From Octopus sinensis (Eukaryota): DNA of 64,000 nt. A model generated the notes under the pieces. That model saw only the letters and a list, made by a program, of their open reading frames with translations. It ran no database searches and was not told the DNA's origin. The stretch is taken from contig NC_043006.1 of assembly GCF_006345805.1 (NCBI RefSeq), forward strand, positions 65,162,001-65,226,000, read 5' to 3'. Below, one piece after another: positions 1 through 14,218 of the stretch; positions within the stretch are counted from its first letter, which is position 1, and every line of letters starts with the position of its first letter. The translations under genes were made by a program, and so were the position numbers.

Positions 1-118
1 CAATTGAAACTTCTCAAGTTCTGATAGTGACTCAGCAATTAGAGCAAGGTCATCAGCATAGAGGAGCTCCCAGGAGCATCCTGTCTTGAATTCCTCCATA
101 TTGCCTGGAGGACTATGA
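1..118 (-). mobile_element. RTE-clade LINE reverse transcriptase fragment (decayed)
   Basis: Minus strand reads, with a frameshift, IIVLQAI..EEFKTGCSWELLYADDLALIAESLSELEKFQ (YADD motif); similar to the RTE copy at about 40860-40990. Confidence 0.8.
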
Positions 119-164
119 TATATATATATACACATACATACATTCATATATATATACACATATA

Positions 165-3100
165 TATTTGATAAAATGAGTAGAGATAGTTTTTGTGGGG
201 TATAATTTTTATTTCAATCTTAATAATGTTTACAATGAGTTACTTTGATATGAGTTTTGAGCTTCAAGTAGCTGTTTTCAAACTGAAAATTGTTTTACTG
301 GTTGCTTAAATAGCAAAAGATTGTTTTCTTACAAGTATACATACAAAATAAAATATACACAAAAAAGGAAAAAATATATATATACAAAAAATATAAAAGC
401 ATGTGTGAAGAACAACAACAAAAGGAAGGAAGAAAGAATGTAAAAGAAGAAAGAAGGTTAGAGAGAAGAGGAAAAAAGTAAATGAAATCAAGAAAAAGTA
501 AGAATAAAGATGAATGGTAATTGAGAACAGTGGGAAGGAGAGTTAAGTCCATCAAGAATAAAGAAATGGAATATTTTGGAGTGGTCAATATTGTTGTGTT
601 TTGTCAAATGATGACCTGTGTGGTACCTATTGATCTGTGGTCACCTATTCAGTTCTCACAGAATAGAATGAACTCAACTTGGAAAAGGAGGCATACAAAA
701 AGAAAAGCCAGATGAGAAACATCTAGAATAACATATTAAATAAAAGAAAACAAGCATATTGGAGACCCTAAAAAGTGAAAACCTAGCCAACAACATATGA
801 GCAGTGGAGGAGCAGAGAAGAAGTAATACTCCCAAGAAAATTTCATAGCAAAGAAATAACATTGGAACCAAATGAAGAAACAAAGATTTGCCTCAATTTA
901 GCACTACAGAGATCTGAGGCTGAAATCACATCTTTGCCTTAGAGTAACAAACTTCCAAAAGAAATTTGAAAAATATAACACCTATATACATGAAAAAATT
1001 AACAAAAGAAGCAGTGGAAGTATCGAAAAAAAATCTTCTAGACATGTGGAAAACCAATACCATCAGAGAGGAGATGAAGTCTAAGAAAATCTTGGAATCA
1101 AAAATCCTCTGGCTACAGGAATATGAAAACACCTATGGGAAAAAAACAGACAAAACCTAAACACCAACCTACTACAACAACCTTCAGACCTCAAAACAAC
1201 ATCAAAAGAAAGGAAATTTTCCTGCACAATAGACAAAGAAACACAAATTTGTGATCATACGCAGATATAATAAGAAACAAGAGAACACACAACCCCAACC
1301 AAAGAACAGATAGAACTCTCCAGAAACCAAATCATAGACCCAAATGAAAAACATGGAACAACAATAGAATGAGTCGACTCCCAATCCAACAACCAACAAT
1401 ATACACACCCATGAATAACCAACCTAAAATATTAGCATACAAGAAAAGGAAACAATTCAACATATGTTGAAATTCCAAAACCCAGAGACCTGAAACTATG
1501 TCCAATCATTGCAGGACCAGCATCCAGTACACAACACTTAAGCAACTTAATAGATATAGTTCTAAAACCTTTATGCAAAATGATACCAAGCTTTGTCCAG
1601 GATGATATAGACTTCTTAAACTACCTAAAAGTGTCCACTAGGAGACAATTCTTGTTTGTTTCAATGTAACTAGTCTATACACCAATATCCCACACAATTT
1701 GGGAATTGAAGCTATAAATTTCTGGTTAACAAAACACCTGAATCATATCATGAAAAGATTCTCAAAAACCTTCATTTCAGAAGGATTAAAATTAATACTG
1801 GAAAATAATCAATTCTTCAACAACTATTTACAAATAAAAGGAATGGCAAAGGGGACAAAAGTAGCCTCCACCTATGCAACACTCATAATGGGCTTCTTAG
1901 TGGTCAAACTCTATTCCCAACTAACAGAAACATTTAACAAACAATTCTCCAGTTATTAAAAAAAAAAAAAAATTGAAAACAGTATTTGGATGACTGCTTT
2001 ATATTCTGGACCTAAAAACCAAGAATACTTAGGTATCTTTCAGTCACTAATTAACATATCTCAATAAAATTCACCATGGAATAACATGGAACATGGAATT
2101 TTTAGACATACTTCTAATTGAAGAAAATACCATAAAAACAGATTTCTTCAACAAACCTACAGATACACACCAATATTTGAACTTTCATTCCTCCCATCCC
2201 TCACAAACCAAAAGAAACATACCCTTTAAAATGTCAAAATGAATTTGCACTATAGTAATAGATGCAGGATTAAGGGATAAAAGATTGCAGGAATTAAAAA
2301 TATTTCTAAAAGAACAAAAATATCCAACTTGTTTAATTGACACAGTAATCACCAAAGTAAAAAACATCCCAACTACAAACCTCGGAGGAAAACAAACAGA
2401 AAACTATAAATGAATTCATAAGCGTTCCTTTTTGTCATCACCCACAACCCAAGAAATCACAACATCATCAATACTGCAAAAAAGATACCTCCCAATTCTT
2501 CAACAAGCATCAAGAATGAACAAATTAATAACAGATTCAAAAATAATTTACAGCAATATGTATACATATATAGATAGATATGTGTGTGTGTGTGCATGTG
2601 TGTATATATATGTGTGGTTGTATGTATGGGTATGTATACATACATGTACATATGAGGTTAGTAGTTATGTAGGTGTGTATGCACATGTATTGAGATATGT
2701 CGATACATATGTGTGTGTGTATGTATATATATATATACATACACGTGTGTGTATGTATGTATAAGTGTATATGTGCTTGCGTATGTCTCTGTGTATGTTT
2801 GTATGCAGATATGTGTACATTCAAAGGTATAAAGGTTAAGGAGCATGTACGTATATTGATATATGCATGTGTGTGTATGTAGGTTTGGCTATATGTAGTG
2901 TAGATCTATGTGTGTATATGTACATGTGTATGTATGCGTGTATACATGTGTGTGTGTGTATATACATGTATATATGGATATGTGTATCCATATATAGATA
3001 GGCACCACACAAGAACACAATATTGACCACTCCAAAATATTCCATTTCTTTATTCTTGATAGACTTAGCCCTCCTCCCCAATGTTCTCAATTACCATTAG

Positions 3101-3475
3101 TCTTATCTTTATTTTCATTGTTTTTTATTTTTTCTTGATGTCACTTTTTCTCCTGTTCTCTTTCTTCTTCGCCTTCTTTCTTCCTCCCATTCATTGTTGC
3201 TGTTCTTCACACATGCTTTTGTATTTTTATATCATTATCATCATTTAATATCTGTATATATTCCCTCTTTCCTGTATTTTTTTTTCTTTTTGTATGTATA
3301 CTTGTAAGAACAATCTTTTGTTATTCAAGCAAACATATATTTTTCAGTTTACAAATGGCTACTTGAAGCTCGAAACTCATATCAGAGTAACTCACTGTAA
3401 ACATTATTATTAAGAATAAAATATAAATTAACCCCACCCCCCAAAAAGTCATCTCTACTCATTTTTTCAAATATA
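165..3475 (+). mobile_element. Decayed Penelope-like element: RT remnant flanked by inverted pseudo-LTR copies
   Basis: About 165-600 is the reverse complement of about 3010-3475 (both give the peptide RRxKSIKNKEMEYFGVVNIV). Between them are broken RT motifs: [69 protein letters not shown]. Confidence 0.8.
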
Positions 3476-3511
3476 TATAATACTCTACCAAGAACTTTCT
3501 TTTTATTATTC

Positions 3512-3567
<56 letters not shown>

Positions 3568-4322
3568 TATACCAAGGACTGCTTATTTGGTACCACTGAT
3601 TCATTGACTTATCTATTTATGTTTATATTTGCCAAGATGGATTTTCGATGGAGCAGATTGCAATTATGATTATTTTTGCAGAATATTGGGAATGAATGAC
3701 ACTACTTGTATAACAGTGACACTTTTTTTACAACTATTGTGAATGTAAAAATGAGGAAACACACAAACATACATGCACTTACACATGTACATACACACAC
3801 ACCTTTTTAAATACACAAGTATGTATATATTTATGTATATTTATGTGTGGGAGTGTGTATATGTGTCTCCCTGATTTAACACTGCATGATGTAAATGATT
3901 GTCACTGTCATACAGAGTCACATTCATTTCCATTCTTCAACAAAAACATGTCTGGCCAAGGGGAAATATTGCTTAACTTGGAAATGGGTGAATAAGCAGC
4001 TGGAAAGGCTTCTAGCAACAGAAAATCTACCTCAATAAACTTTGTCTAACCCATGCAAGCATAGAAAAGCAGGCATTAAAATGATGATGACATATCGTCA
4101 TCAACATTTCATATCTGCTTTCTCTGCTGGCATGGGTTGTACAGGGTATCACCTTTCAAATCAGCTCATTTCTATCGGACACAGAAAATCCAGCTCAACA
4201 ACTTAACAATAGAAATAATCTGGTAGACCTTTACATATGCAAGCAAGCAATATGCACACCACTTACTGAAACTCATCTCACGACAAACATAGCTGATACA
4301 GAGATACACCTACCAAAATATA

Positions 4323-5021
4323 TTAACCCTTTCATTACCGTATTTATTCTGAGATGCTGTGTTTCTTTCAATTGATTTTAAATATAACAATAAAGAATCT
4401 AGTAAAATAACTAAGTTATCATTCAGCTAATGCTAGGAACATAAATTGTGACTGTTTGCTGGAAGATTTTAATTCAGAACTTTCGAAAACAAGACATTTG
4501 TGCTACAGAGCCAGAGCTGGTTTCAGTCAGGTTAAATTAAGCATTTGTTAACCCTTTTGTTACCATATTTCTGTTGAGATGCTGTGTGTTTCAACTGATT
4601 TAAAATATAACAAAAGAATTTAGTAAAATAACTTATCATTAAGCTAGTGTTAGGAACATAAATTGTGACTAAGGTTTGGTGGAAAATTTTAATTCAATTC
4701 TTATGAAAACAAGAACCAGGGGTAGTTTCAGGTGGGTCGGTATCAAAAGGATTAAGTTAATCATTTGTTAACCCTTTTGTTACCATAGTTCTGTTGAGAC
4801 AAGGGTGGTTTCAGCCGGGTTGGTATCGTATCGAAAGGGTTAAATTAAGCATTTGTTAACCTTTTTGTTACCATATTTCTGTTGAGATATTCTGTGTGTC
4901 TTTCAATTGATTTTAAATATAACAAAGAATTTAGTGAAATAACTTAGTTATCATTAAGCTAGTGTTAGGAACATAAATTGTGACTAAGGTTTGGTGTACG
5001 GATTGGTAACAAAAGGGTTAA
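4323..5021. repeat. Tandem array of four piggyBac-like (TTAA) MITE copies
   Basis: Units start TTAACCCTTT(c/t)(a/g)TTACC at 4323, 4548, 4768 and 4856 and mostly end GGTA(a/t)C(a/g)AAAGGGTTAA; they are separated by a 12-nt ATTAAGCATTTG-like spacer. Confidence 0.75.
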
Positions 5022-6049
5022 GGTTCATGCTGATAGGACAGAAATCACAGTGGAGTCACCATACACATTTGTGAAGGTGTCATGCTCTTATTCTTCTGTC
5101 ATACTCAAACTCGGATTCTGACATGCTAACAGTGCATATGAAGCCATGTTTTCCATTTAATGCCACAAATCAAGATTGTAAATTTGAAGACAACATTAAA
5201 AGGACATATTGATAGAACTGGACCAACATATCAATTTACTTCTCTTGGAGGACTTCCCTCAACATCAAACTACATGAAGACAATGAAGACATATACTCCT
5301 AGGAACATCACACCATTCACAAAGAGAAGTAGAAAATGAAATTCATGCCACAACAAAGTTTCATCTGACATTCTGAAAACTCTATCAATGAATGTGTGTG
5401 TGTATGCAAGCACGTGTAAGTGAGAGTGAGTGTATGTAAATGACTGTACTTGTGTGTATAACAAAGGGAAGGAGAAAAAATAATTCAACTATAATGTGAT
5501 GGTAATACCAACAATTTCCTTAGGCCATAACATAATAAAACTAACAATGTATGATCCAAAAGCAATTGTAGATATACACCCTACAAGAAGCAACCAAACT
5601 CTATCAGCCTGAACTTGGACACTTACAAGCTCCTTGACATTATAGCTCCACACAGGGACATGGTAACCATCAATTACATTGGCATAAAGGAGGGAGATAC
5701 AATATCAACCATAGATGGTCCAACTCATGTCAGTATAGAAAACAGATGTTAAATGATGACGAGGATGAGACAAAATTAATTTAAACACAGCAACATGCCC
5801 TGATGCCTTCACAGAAAATCTCTCAGGGTTATGTAAAGAGGCTAGTGCTACATAAAAAGCACTTGTACTGGTGCCATGTAAAAAGCATAAGGGCTGTCTC
5901 TAAAGTGGTTGATATTAGGAAGGGTATCCAGATGTAGAAACCATGCCAAGACAGACAACTGGAGCCTGATGCAACTCACTAGTTTGCCAGCTCCTGTCAA
6001 ACAGCCAACCCATACCAATGCTGGAAAACAAATGTGTGATAATGATGAT

Positions 6050-6400
6050 AATCTAGCATCATATTTTACCAGTTTCCTTGCAAGTGGTAAACTCCCCACA
6101 AAATTAAAAGAATTCATAATATACTTCATCCAAAGAAAACAGAGCAGAAGCTAAAAATTATAGGCCTATCTTTCTGATTTCACACATCAGTAAAATCATG
6201 GAATGAATTATCAAGGGAAGCTGATTTCTCAGAAGAAATTATTTATTCACTAACATACAACAGAGCTTCTATCCAGGTAGGAGCTGCCTAAACATCTCCT
6301 GCAGCTCAATCAAATACAAATGTGATATATGTCAACTTTGAGAAGGCCTTCAATAAAGTTGAAGAAATGTCACAAAATGAAACTACAGGAGAGGCTTCAA
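6050..6400 (+). mobile_element. CR1/L2-like LINE RT fragment (decayed)
   Basis: Degenerate ENYRPIsl.SHISKIME and DFEKAFNKV-like motifs with many stops and frameshifts. Confidence 0.5.
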
Positions 6401-6529
6401 GACTATTGAAAAGGTAGATGTTAGGTAGCTGTGGAAAATGTTACTCTGTCAGAAGAGATATTAATTACATTAATTGTGAATCCATTGGGGAATTGTACTA
6501 GAACTATTTTTCTTTGTGGCAGCTCTCCT

Positions 6530-7080
6530 GGATAACACCTTCAGATCAAATTTCACCACTTTGTTCCAAGTATTCCTCAGTCTCCTTCTTCCACAGATTC
6601 CATTCACTTTGAGCATTCGGTAATTCTTTGTGCAGCAGTTGTCTTCCACACACATCACATGCCCATATCAATGCAGCCTTCTCTCTTACAGATTACATCT
6701 GATTCCTCTTTTACCCAGTTTTTCTCTCAGTTCATTTGCACTTCAACATTCATGCACACTAACATTACACATTCAACAGAGGATGCTTCCTTCGTATCTT
6801 TCTCATTTTCACAAGTCCTCTGCTTGTATAATGCAAGACCACACCTCACTATCATGCAGCATCACAGGTTGAACACAAAGACACAGTTTGCTCTTCACAT
6901 TCAGAGAAAACTTTGTTACCAGCAGAGGTAATAACTCTCTGAATCCCACCCAACCAATTGTTACACGGACTACTATGCTTTTGCAACACCCACCTCCATT
7001 GCTAGTTATGCCACCTAAGTACCAGAAGCTATGAACTATTTCTAGAGTCTTAAGACACAAGTACCTTGGCTTTAGAATAG
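6530..7080 (-). mobile_element. RTE LINE ORF2 C-terminal fragment
   Basis: ORFs 6809-7117 (SFWYLGGITSNGGGC..GWVGFRELLPLLVTK) and 6470-6658 (GRRRLRNTWNKVVK) match the RTE copy at 45590-46050. Confidence 0.75.
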
Positions 7081-9129
7081 GTACACAGTAAAAAAAAACT
7101 GCTTTGAAAAGTTTCATCTAACTAATATCAGTATGTGGATGTGGATGCAAAAGGAGATGTATCATTATCATCACTCAGCATCTATTTTTCCATGCTTGCA
7201 TGAGTCAGATGGAATTTTGTTAAGGCAGACTTTCTACAGCCATATGCTCTTCCTGTCACCAACCCTCACCTGATTCCAAGTAAGGTAATATTTCCCCATA
7301 GCCAAATGTTTTTCATGGAAGACAAGAAATGAACAACATTGCTTGTTTACAACCACCACATAATATTAAGACAAAGATACACACACACATGTATACACGT
7401 ATGTGCGTGTGTATATATATAATCATCATCATTAAACATCCGTTTTCCAAGATGGAATGGATTGGATGGTTTGACAGAAGCTAGCAAGCTAGAGGTCTGC
7501 ACCAAGCTCCATTTGTGTTTTGGCATGGTTTCTATGGCTGGATGTCCTTCTTAATGCCAACCACTTAACAGAGTGTACAGGGTGCTTCTTATGTGGCACC
7601 AGCACCAATGCTATTATGTAGCACCAACACAGACCCATTATATGTGGTACCAGCACAGGTACATTTAACATGGCACCAGTATAGATGCTTTGTACATACC
7701 AAATCCACTCACAAGGCTTTGGTTAGCTCAGGGATATAGTAAAAGATGCTTGCACTAGGTACCACTAAATGAGACTGAACCGGAGACCAGATAGTTGGGA
7801 AGCAAACCACTCAACCACATCGCCACACCTGCATGAACTTAATATCTTTTATACAGGTATCATAGCAACAACAGTTAAATTACCTTAGACAAGAACCTTG
7901 TACCACACCACATCATTTTTCAATAACCATATTTTGAACCTGATGTTATTTCTCAAATTTCCTTCCATAGAAAGAGTACATGTTTTAACTATATAATTAT
8001 ATCGATCGTTTGTTTTGTAGTTTTTTTTTTGTCCATTTTCCCATGTAGCATGGGATAGATGAATATGAATTGCCTGATGCCCTTCTTGTCATTAACACTC
8101 ACAGGATTTATTTCCCACTCATCTTCAAAAAAATATTTCCTGTTACAATTTGAAAGGAAAAGTCAACATGGTGCAGGAGTGACTGTGTGGTAAGAAGCTT
8201 GCTTCCCAACCACATGTTTGTTATTTGTGTCTGTGTTTGTCCCCACCAACCATCACTTGACAACCAATGTTGGTGTATTTACGTCCCCATCACTTGGCAA
8301 AAGAGGCCAATAGAATAAGTACTAGGCTTACAAAGAATAAGACCTGGGGTCGATTTGTTCAACTAAAGGCGATGCTCCAGCATGGCTGCAGTCAAATGAC
8401 TGAAACAAATAAAAGAATGTTACTGTTTTTTGCTAAACACTTTCATATTGAAACACAGAAGGTAAACATTCACATGGCCATTCAAACATGTGACATACAC
8501 ACAATTCCATTTGCCAAATTCCACACACAAGCTATTAGTTGACCCCAGGTTAGACAACTCCCCAATGTGCTCTGTAGTGAGCTAGAACTCAAAACCATAT
8601 GATGACAAAATAACAACGGCAAAGTGTGCTGCCCATGTAAATCAACTTGCCCAATATTTTGAAGTTCTGTCTCTCCAACTAAGATACATGGTTTCATTTA
8701 TTTCTTGGAACATTACAACAATCTTGTCCAAGCTAATGCCAAATCCCAAATACTTTACAAGACATGAAATGATCTGCGAGACAATGCCTATCTTGAGCAG
8801 CAAGTGCAACTAAGTTGCAACTACAGTCTATGTGGTTAAGAAGCTTGCTTTGCAACCATGTGGTTTCAGATTCAATACCACTGCACTGCACCATGGGCAA
8901 GTATTTTCTACTATAGCCTTAGGCCAACCAATGCCATGTGAGTGAATGGAGATTGTGTGGAAGCCTATTGCAAATAAGTGTGTGTCTGTGTAAGAGACCT
9001 TGTTTGTTTGTTTGTCACCTGCCCAGATTGTATGATACTTGAGTACAAAATACAATGCTGCATATAGTGATATATGGGCCTTGAAAACAACACAGGGTTG
9101 CAAAGACTAGAAATTAAACAATAAATAGT

Positions 9130-9340
9130 AATTTGCTGGATGTGTAATGTTTGTGAATGGAGCACATGAGCAGAGAAGAAAACTAGATGTAAGAAATATC
9201 AGCTGTGTGCAAGAAAGAAGACGGCATTTGTACGAGAATGTCATGGATGACAGATGTATTAAGAGCTGCAGGGCACTCGGAGTAGATAGACTCTTTGGAA
9301 GAAGGAGACTGAGGAAGCCATGGGATGAAGTTGAAACAGC
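9130..9340 (+). mobile_element. RTE LINE 3' fragment
   Basis: ISCVQERRRHLYENVMDDRCIKSC..GRRRLRKPWDEV matches the 37049-37450 ORF. Confidence 0.65.
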
Positions 9341-10344
9341 TGACAAAAGGACCACAATGGATTGGCAACATGTGGATGTAGATAAAACCTGTCCACTAGT
9401 GCAAGCAGGACAAAACAGATACTGAAACAGTAGAAGTACTGGGATTAATTTAACCAAAGTCCATTCCCAAAAAATTACTGGCTTTGTGCCTAAATTAGAA
9501 ACCATTATTATTATTTTTGGTTTCATAAGGCAGCAAGCAGGTAGAATCATTAGTACATGCAACAAAATGCTTAACAACCATAGTTTCGGATTCCTTTATG
9601 TTCTAACTGTTGAGGTTGGCTTTGTTTGTCATCCATTTGGAGTTGATGAAATAAGTATCAGTGAGGCACTGAGGTTGATAGAATTGACTTCCTCTTCCCC
9701 TGACAAATGCTTGCCTTGTTCCAAAATTACCAAGAATTGTTAGTTGGGTCTCTTGTTGGTTAAGCCCTCTATCTGTTACCCCATGCCTCTCTTATCTCTC
9801 ATCTCCATTATTCACAGCACCATGCAACCTGTGTAACCAGGAATGGTTCTAGATGTCTGATCATCTTTTCTGATACCCTCTCTTCTCTTCACTACACCAT
9901 ACCACCTTTCTAGCAAAGGATAGTATTCCACCTCTACCTGGTTCACTCTATCTCCCTCTCCCATCACAATAACTGTATATGAGGAAGAGCATATCCAATA
10001 AACTCTGCTATCACACTTTCTGAGCTGACAGCCATCACTCACTTTCACGCGGATCATTCGTTACTGACATCTATCACTCTCACTTAGCATTCCTTATTTC
10101 TAATACCAACCATCGCTTCCCTGCCCCTGCATCAAAATAACTATATGTGAGGGATAACCTATCCAATATATCCTATCACACTTTCTGGGCTGCCAGCCAT
10201 CACTACCTCTCACTTAGGTCAACTGTCACTCAATCTCTCACACACCAGCAAGCACATGATTGCTATTACTGTCTTGCTCCCTTAGGAACTGTCTTTTTCA
10301 ACACCTTGATCCTTTAGTCATTTCCTATTCACCCATTCTTCATC

Positions 10345-10760
10345 ATGCTCCATCATCATCATCGTTTAACATCCATTTTCCATGCTGGCATGGGTTGGAC
10401 AGTTCGACTGGAGTCTGGAAAGCCAGGAGGCTGTACCAGGCACCAGTCTGATCTGCCAATGTTTCTACAGCTGGATGCCCTTCTTAACACCAACCACTCC
10501 GAGAGTGTAGTAGGTGCTTTTGACTTGCCACCGGCACAGAGGCCAGGGGTGGCTGGCATTGACCACGATCAGATGGTGCTTTTTATGTGCCACCAGCACG
10601 GGAGCCAGTCAAGGAAGTGCTGGCATCGGCCACGTTCGAATGGTGCTTTTTACATGCCACTGGCACAGAAACCAGTCGGGGCAAGGGGGCTGGCATTGAC
10701 CACGTTCGGATGGTGCTTTTTTACATGCCACTGGCACAGGCACCACAACTACAATTTCTA
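10345..10760 (-). mobile_element. RTE 3'-UTR-derived repeat with (GAT)n tail; one of many copies (about 11300, 14215, 30610, 32000, 52020 on -; about 29140, 38100, 46670, 56070 on +)
   Basis: Shared core GTGGTTGGCGTTAGGAAGGGCATCCAGCTGTAGAAAC..CCATGCCAGCATGGAAAAtGGAtGTTAAAcGATGATGAT; the same core ends the RTE copy at 37030-38280. Confidence 0.75.
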
Positions 10761-11009
10761 TTTGAACAGAAAGCAATACTTTACAATCAGTTACCAACTC
10801 CTCAGAATCCTGTCTATAAAACATTTGATAAATCAATTATAAACAGGATTCTAGTGAGCTGACATTTAATTGGATCAATATAATGATACACCACGAGTTT
10901 ATAGTTGCATATATTATATAAAGTAGCAATAATTTTGAGATTGAATGCCAGTGAAACAACTGTAAATTGTGTAATAAAACAATTTGCTCACTCTACTTTC
11001 GTTGTTTAC

Positions 11010-11051
<42 letters not shown>

Positions 11052-14000
11052 TATATATATATAAATAAAAAAATAAGTCTGATTTGGCATTGTTTTCTAT
11101 GGTTGGATGCCCTTCCTAATGTCAACCACTGCAAGAGTGTAATGGGTGCTTTTATATGCCTCCAGCATGGGTGCAACTTGCATGACAATGGTATCTGCCG
11201 CAACTACAATTTTGCTCAGCTTGATGGGTCTTCTTCTCAAGTATAACATAATGCCAAAGGTCTTAGTCATTGCTTCCGAAAGGCCCCAACATATATCATC
11301 ATCATCATCGTTTAACGTCCGCTCTCCATGCTAGCTTGGGTTGGATGATTTGACTGAGGACTGGCGAACCAGATGGCTGCACAAGGCTCCAATCTAGATC
11401 TGGTAGTGTTTCTACAGCTGGATGCCCTTCCTAACGCCAACCACTCCGAGAGTGTAGTGGGTGCTTTTATGTGCCAGTGGCATGGGGGCCAGTCAGGTGG
11501 GACTGGCAACGACTTCGCTAGAATGTTTTTATATATGCCACCGGCATAAGTGCCAGTAAGGCGAATACAGGATAGCCCCTACAGTTATTCAACTATCTCT
11601 TTCGCATTCATATATTAACAGTTTCGATCTTAATTATTAAAAAATGTATGACACCATTATTCTATGCTAATTTAGTTAAGTGTAAGATAGAAATTTAAAT
11701 GTAATAAAATGTTTTAAAAGACATTCATTTTAAAAGAAATTTAAAGAGCCTACATGGTAACTGTAAACCTTCTTTTGGGCCACCCTATATATATAGATAG
11801 ATATATATACACATACATATATACCTATATATGTATATTTGCATGTCTGTGAGTGTGTATGTTGATAGTTGTAAGCGAGTGTCACCATCATACAAGTGGT
11901 GTCCATCTCCCACCTTTCATGAAAACATGTTTGATTATAGGGACATATTGCCTCACTTGAAAATAGGAGAGGACTGGCGACACGAGAAAGGCATTCAGCT
12001 ATAAAAAAAAATGACATGACAAAAATTTCACCTGACCCATGCAGGCATAGAAAAGTGGGTGTTAAGATGATGATGATGATATATAAAGATATATAAATTG
12101 ACTTCCTGGTTTTATTTGCTCACACACACACATTTATGTCATACAAATAGATATATATATATGGTATATATCACATATATATATATATATATATCATATA
12201 CACACATAAACATATATACACACATACACACACACATACATTTATACATATATATATACACACATATATATATACATATATATATATATAGATAGATAGA
12301 TAAATATATACATAAATATATATACACACACATACACACATATATATGTTGACATTTGTAAGCAATATGTATATATAAACTCGAATATATATATACAGGC
12401 ATTTACCACTAGACATATCTATGTACTTATGTGCACATGTGTTTGCATAACTATCTCTCTACCAACTGCCTAGTCTATGATGACCTCTTGATAGCCTCTC
12501 ACCGTTCTATCACTTGTTCCTAGCAACACACATACATACCCCACCCTGTCTGTATATTACTCATCCCTGTCATACATGTCCTCTCCATCCATGCCTTTTC
12601 TTGCTCTTCATTCCTGCACCCATGCCACCCCCCTATTACTCATCTCTCACTCTTTCCTTTTATCAATTACATTGTATATTGCTGTCAGTAAGATTAAAGA
12701 TGGCAATGGTTCTCATTTTTGTTCCCCATACATTGCACTCACTTGCCAGTGACCTTATTATTACACATTGGCCATTCACCAGGACCTTCATTCCTTGTCT
12801 ACTGCACACTCTACTTATGGTGCATCTCTCAATCACTCCATTCTCTTCTTAAATCTCACACTACCAAGCTCCAGTATGACTGCAGAATGTGGTGAATCTC
12901 TTCTACATTGCTTCCAATCAGAATGCCACTGCACTTGGTCTGACTTCCTCCTCATCACTCCTTTATGCTATTCTCTGGTCCAGGATCTACAAGGTCCACC
13001 TACTTGGCATTCACCATACCACCACTCTCATCACTCAAACCCTGCTCTGGCCCATCATCATTATCATTTAACATCCATTTTCCATGCTAGCATGGGTTGA
13101 ACTGTTTGACAGGAGCTGGTAAGGCTGGGGGCTGTTCTAGCATGGTTTCTACAGCTGAATGCCCTTCCTTAAGCCAACCACTTTATAAAGTCAACTGGGT
13201 TCTTTTTACGTGCTTTATATGTGGAATTAGCACCAGTGCCCATCTCATTGCCAATACATAGGTAACCATTCAGAACCACTTTGTGCCCAGTTCACTCTAC
13301 CTTCATGCCTCCTACCTGTACTACCTATCATCACTCCATATCAGCATATTCTTATTCTATTTCTCTCACACATCTTGGGCCTCTGCCATTCTTCTGTCAC
13401 TGCCCTATCCCATGCATTGGCAACCTTTTCAAGAAGTGAACCATGTGAAGCATGTCTCATCACCAAGTGGGCAGCACTATTTAAAAAATTCAAAGTAATT
13501 TTTCATCGGCATACAATTCAGAAAGTCCATGGTACGCAGTTTGCCCATGACAGTTCTATCCCAGATTCACAATCTTTTGGCACCTCCCTACCATTTAAGT
13601 CAGACTGACCTTAAATATACATATCTATCTCAGAATACTGAGTACACTTACCACTGCTCTCCCTATCACATAACCCTCTAATCATGTCATTCATGCTTTT
13701 CGCGCTATAAAGAGGCAGATGAGAGAGCAGAGCTGTAGGATTGTGAGAACCCTTTGTGATGAGATTATGATGCTACTTTAGTGCTGGCTGCATGGAAAAA
13801 GCACCCAATATGATCAGTAAAGTGACTGGTGTTAGGAAGGGCATCCAGTTATAGAAACCAAGCCAAAATGAAATGTGAAAGATGAGAGGTTTTTCAAATT
13901 CCAACACATAAAGATAAGCAAATCCATCAAACCCATTCCAACATAGCAGATGTAAAACAGAATGATTTACATATATATATATATATATTTACATATCTAT

Positions 14001-14181
14001 ATCTATACATATAAAGTGAGTGGACAAATGAAAGAATGAGACACTCAGGAAATTCAGTAGAAGTTATATATATATATTATTACTTAAAACAGCCCAATGA
14101 GCTAGGTTCCTGTAATAAGCCTACGAAACTTTAAGTTGCCAGAGGCTGAATCAAACTGTTTTAGATATTAGTAATAAACAC

Positions 14182-14218
<37 letters not shown>

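Noticed and set aside
2432-3090. Y/I/H/T/C/V-rich ORFs here and at about 12100, 15550, 52672 and 59800
   Set aside because: They are translations of (TA)n/(CA)n microsatellites.
11566-11790. Tc1/mariner-like MITE (TACAGGaTaGCCC..GGGCCACCCTATA)
   Set aside because: The TIR match is too short and degenerate to call confidently.
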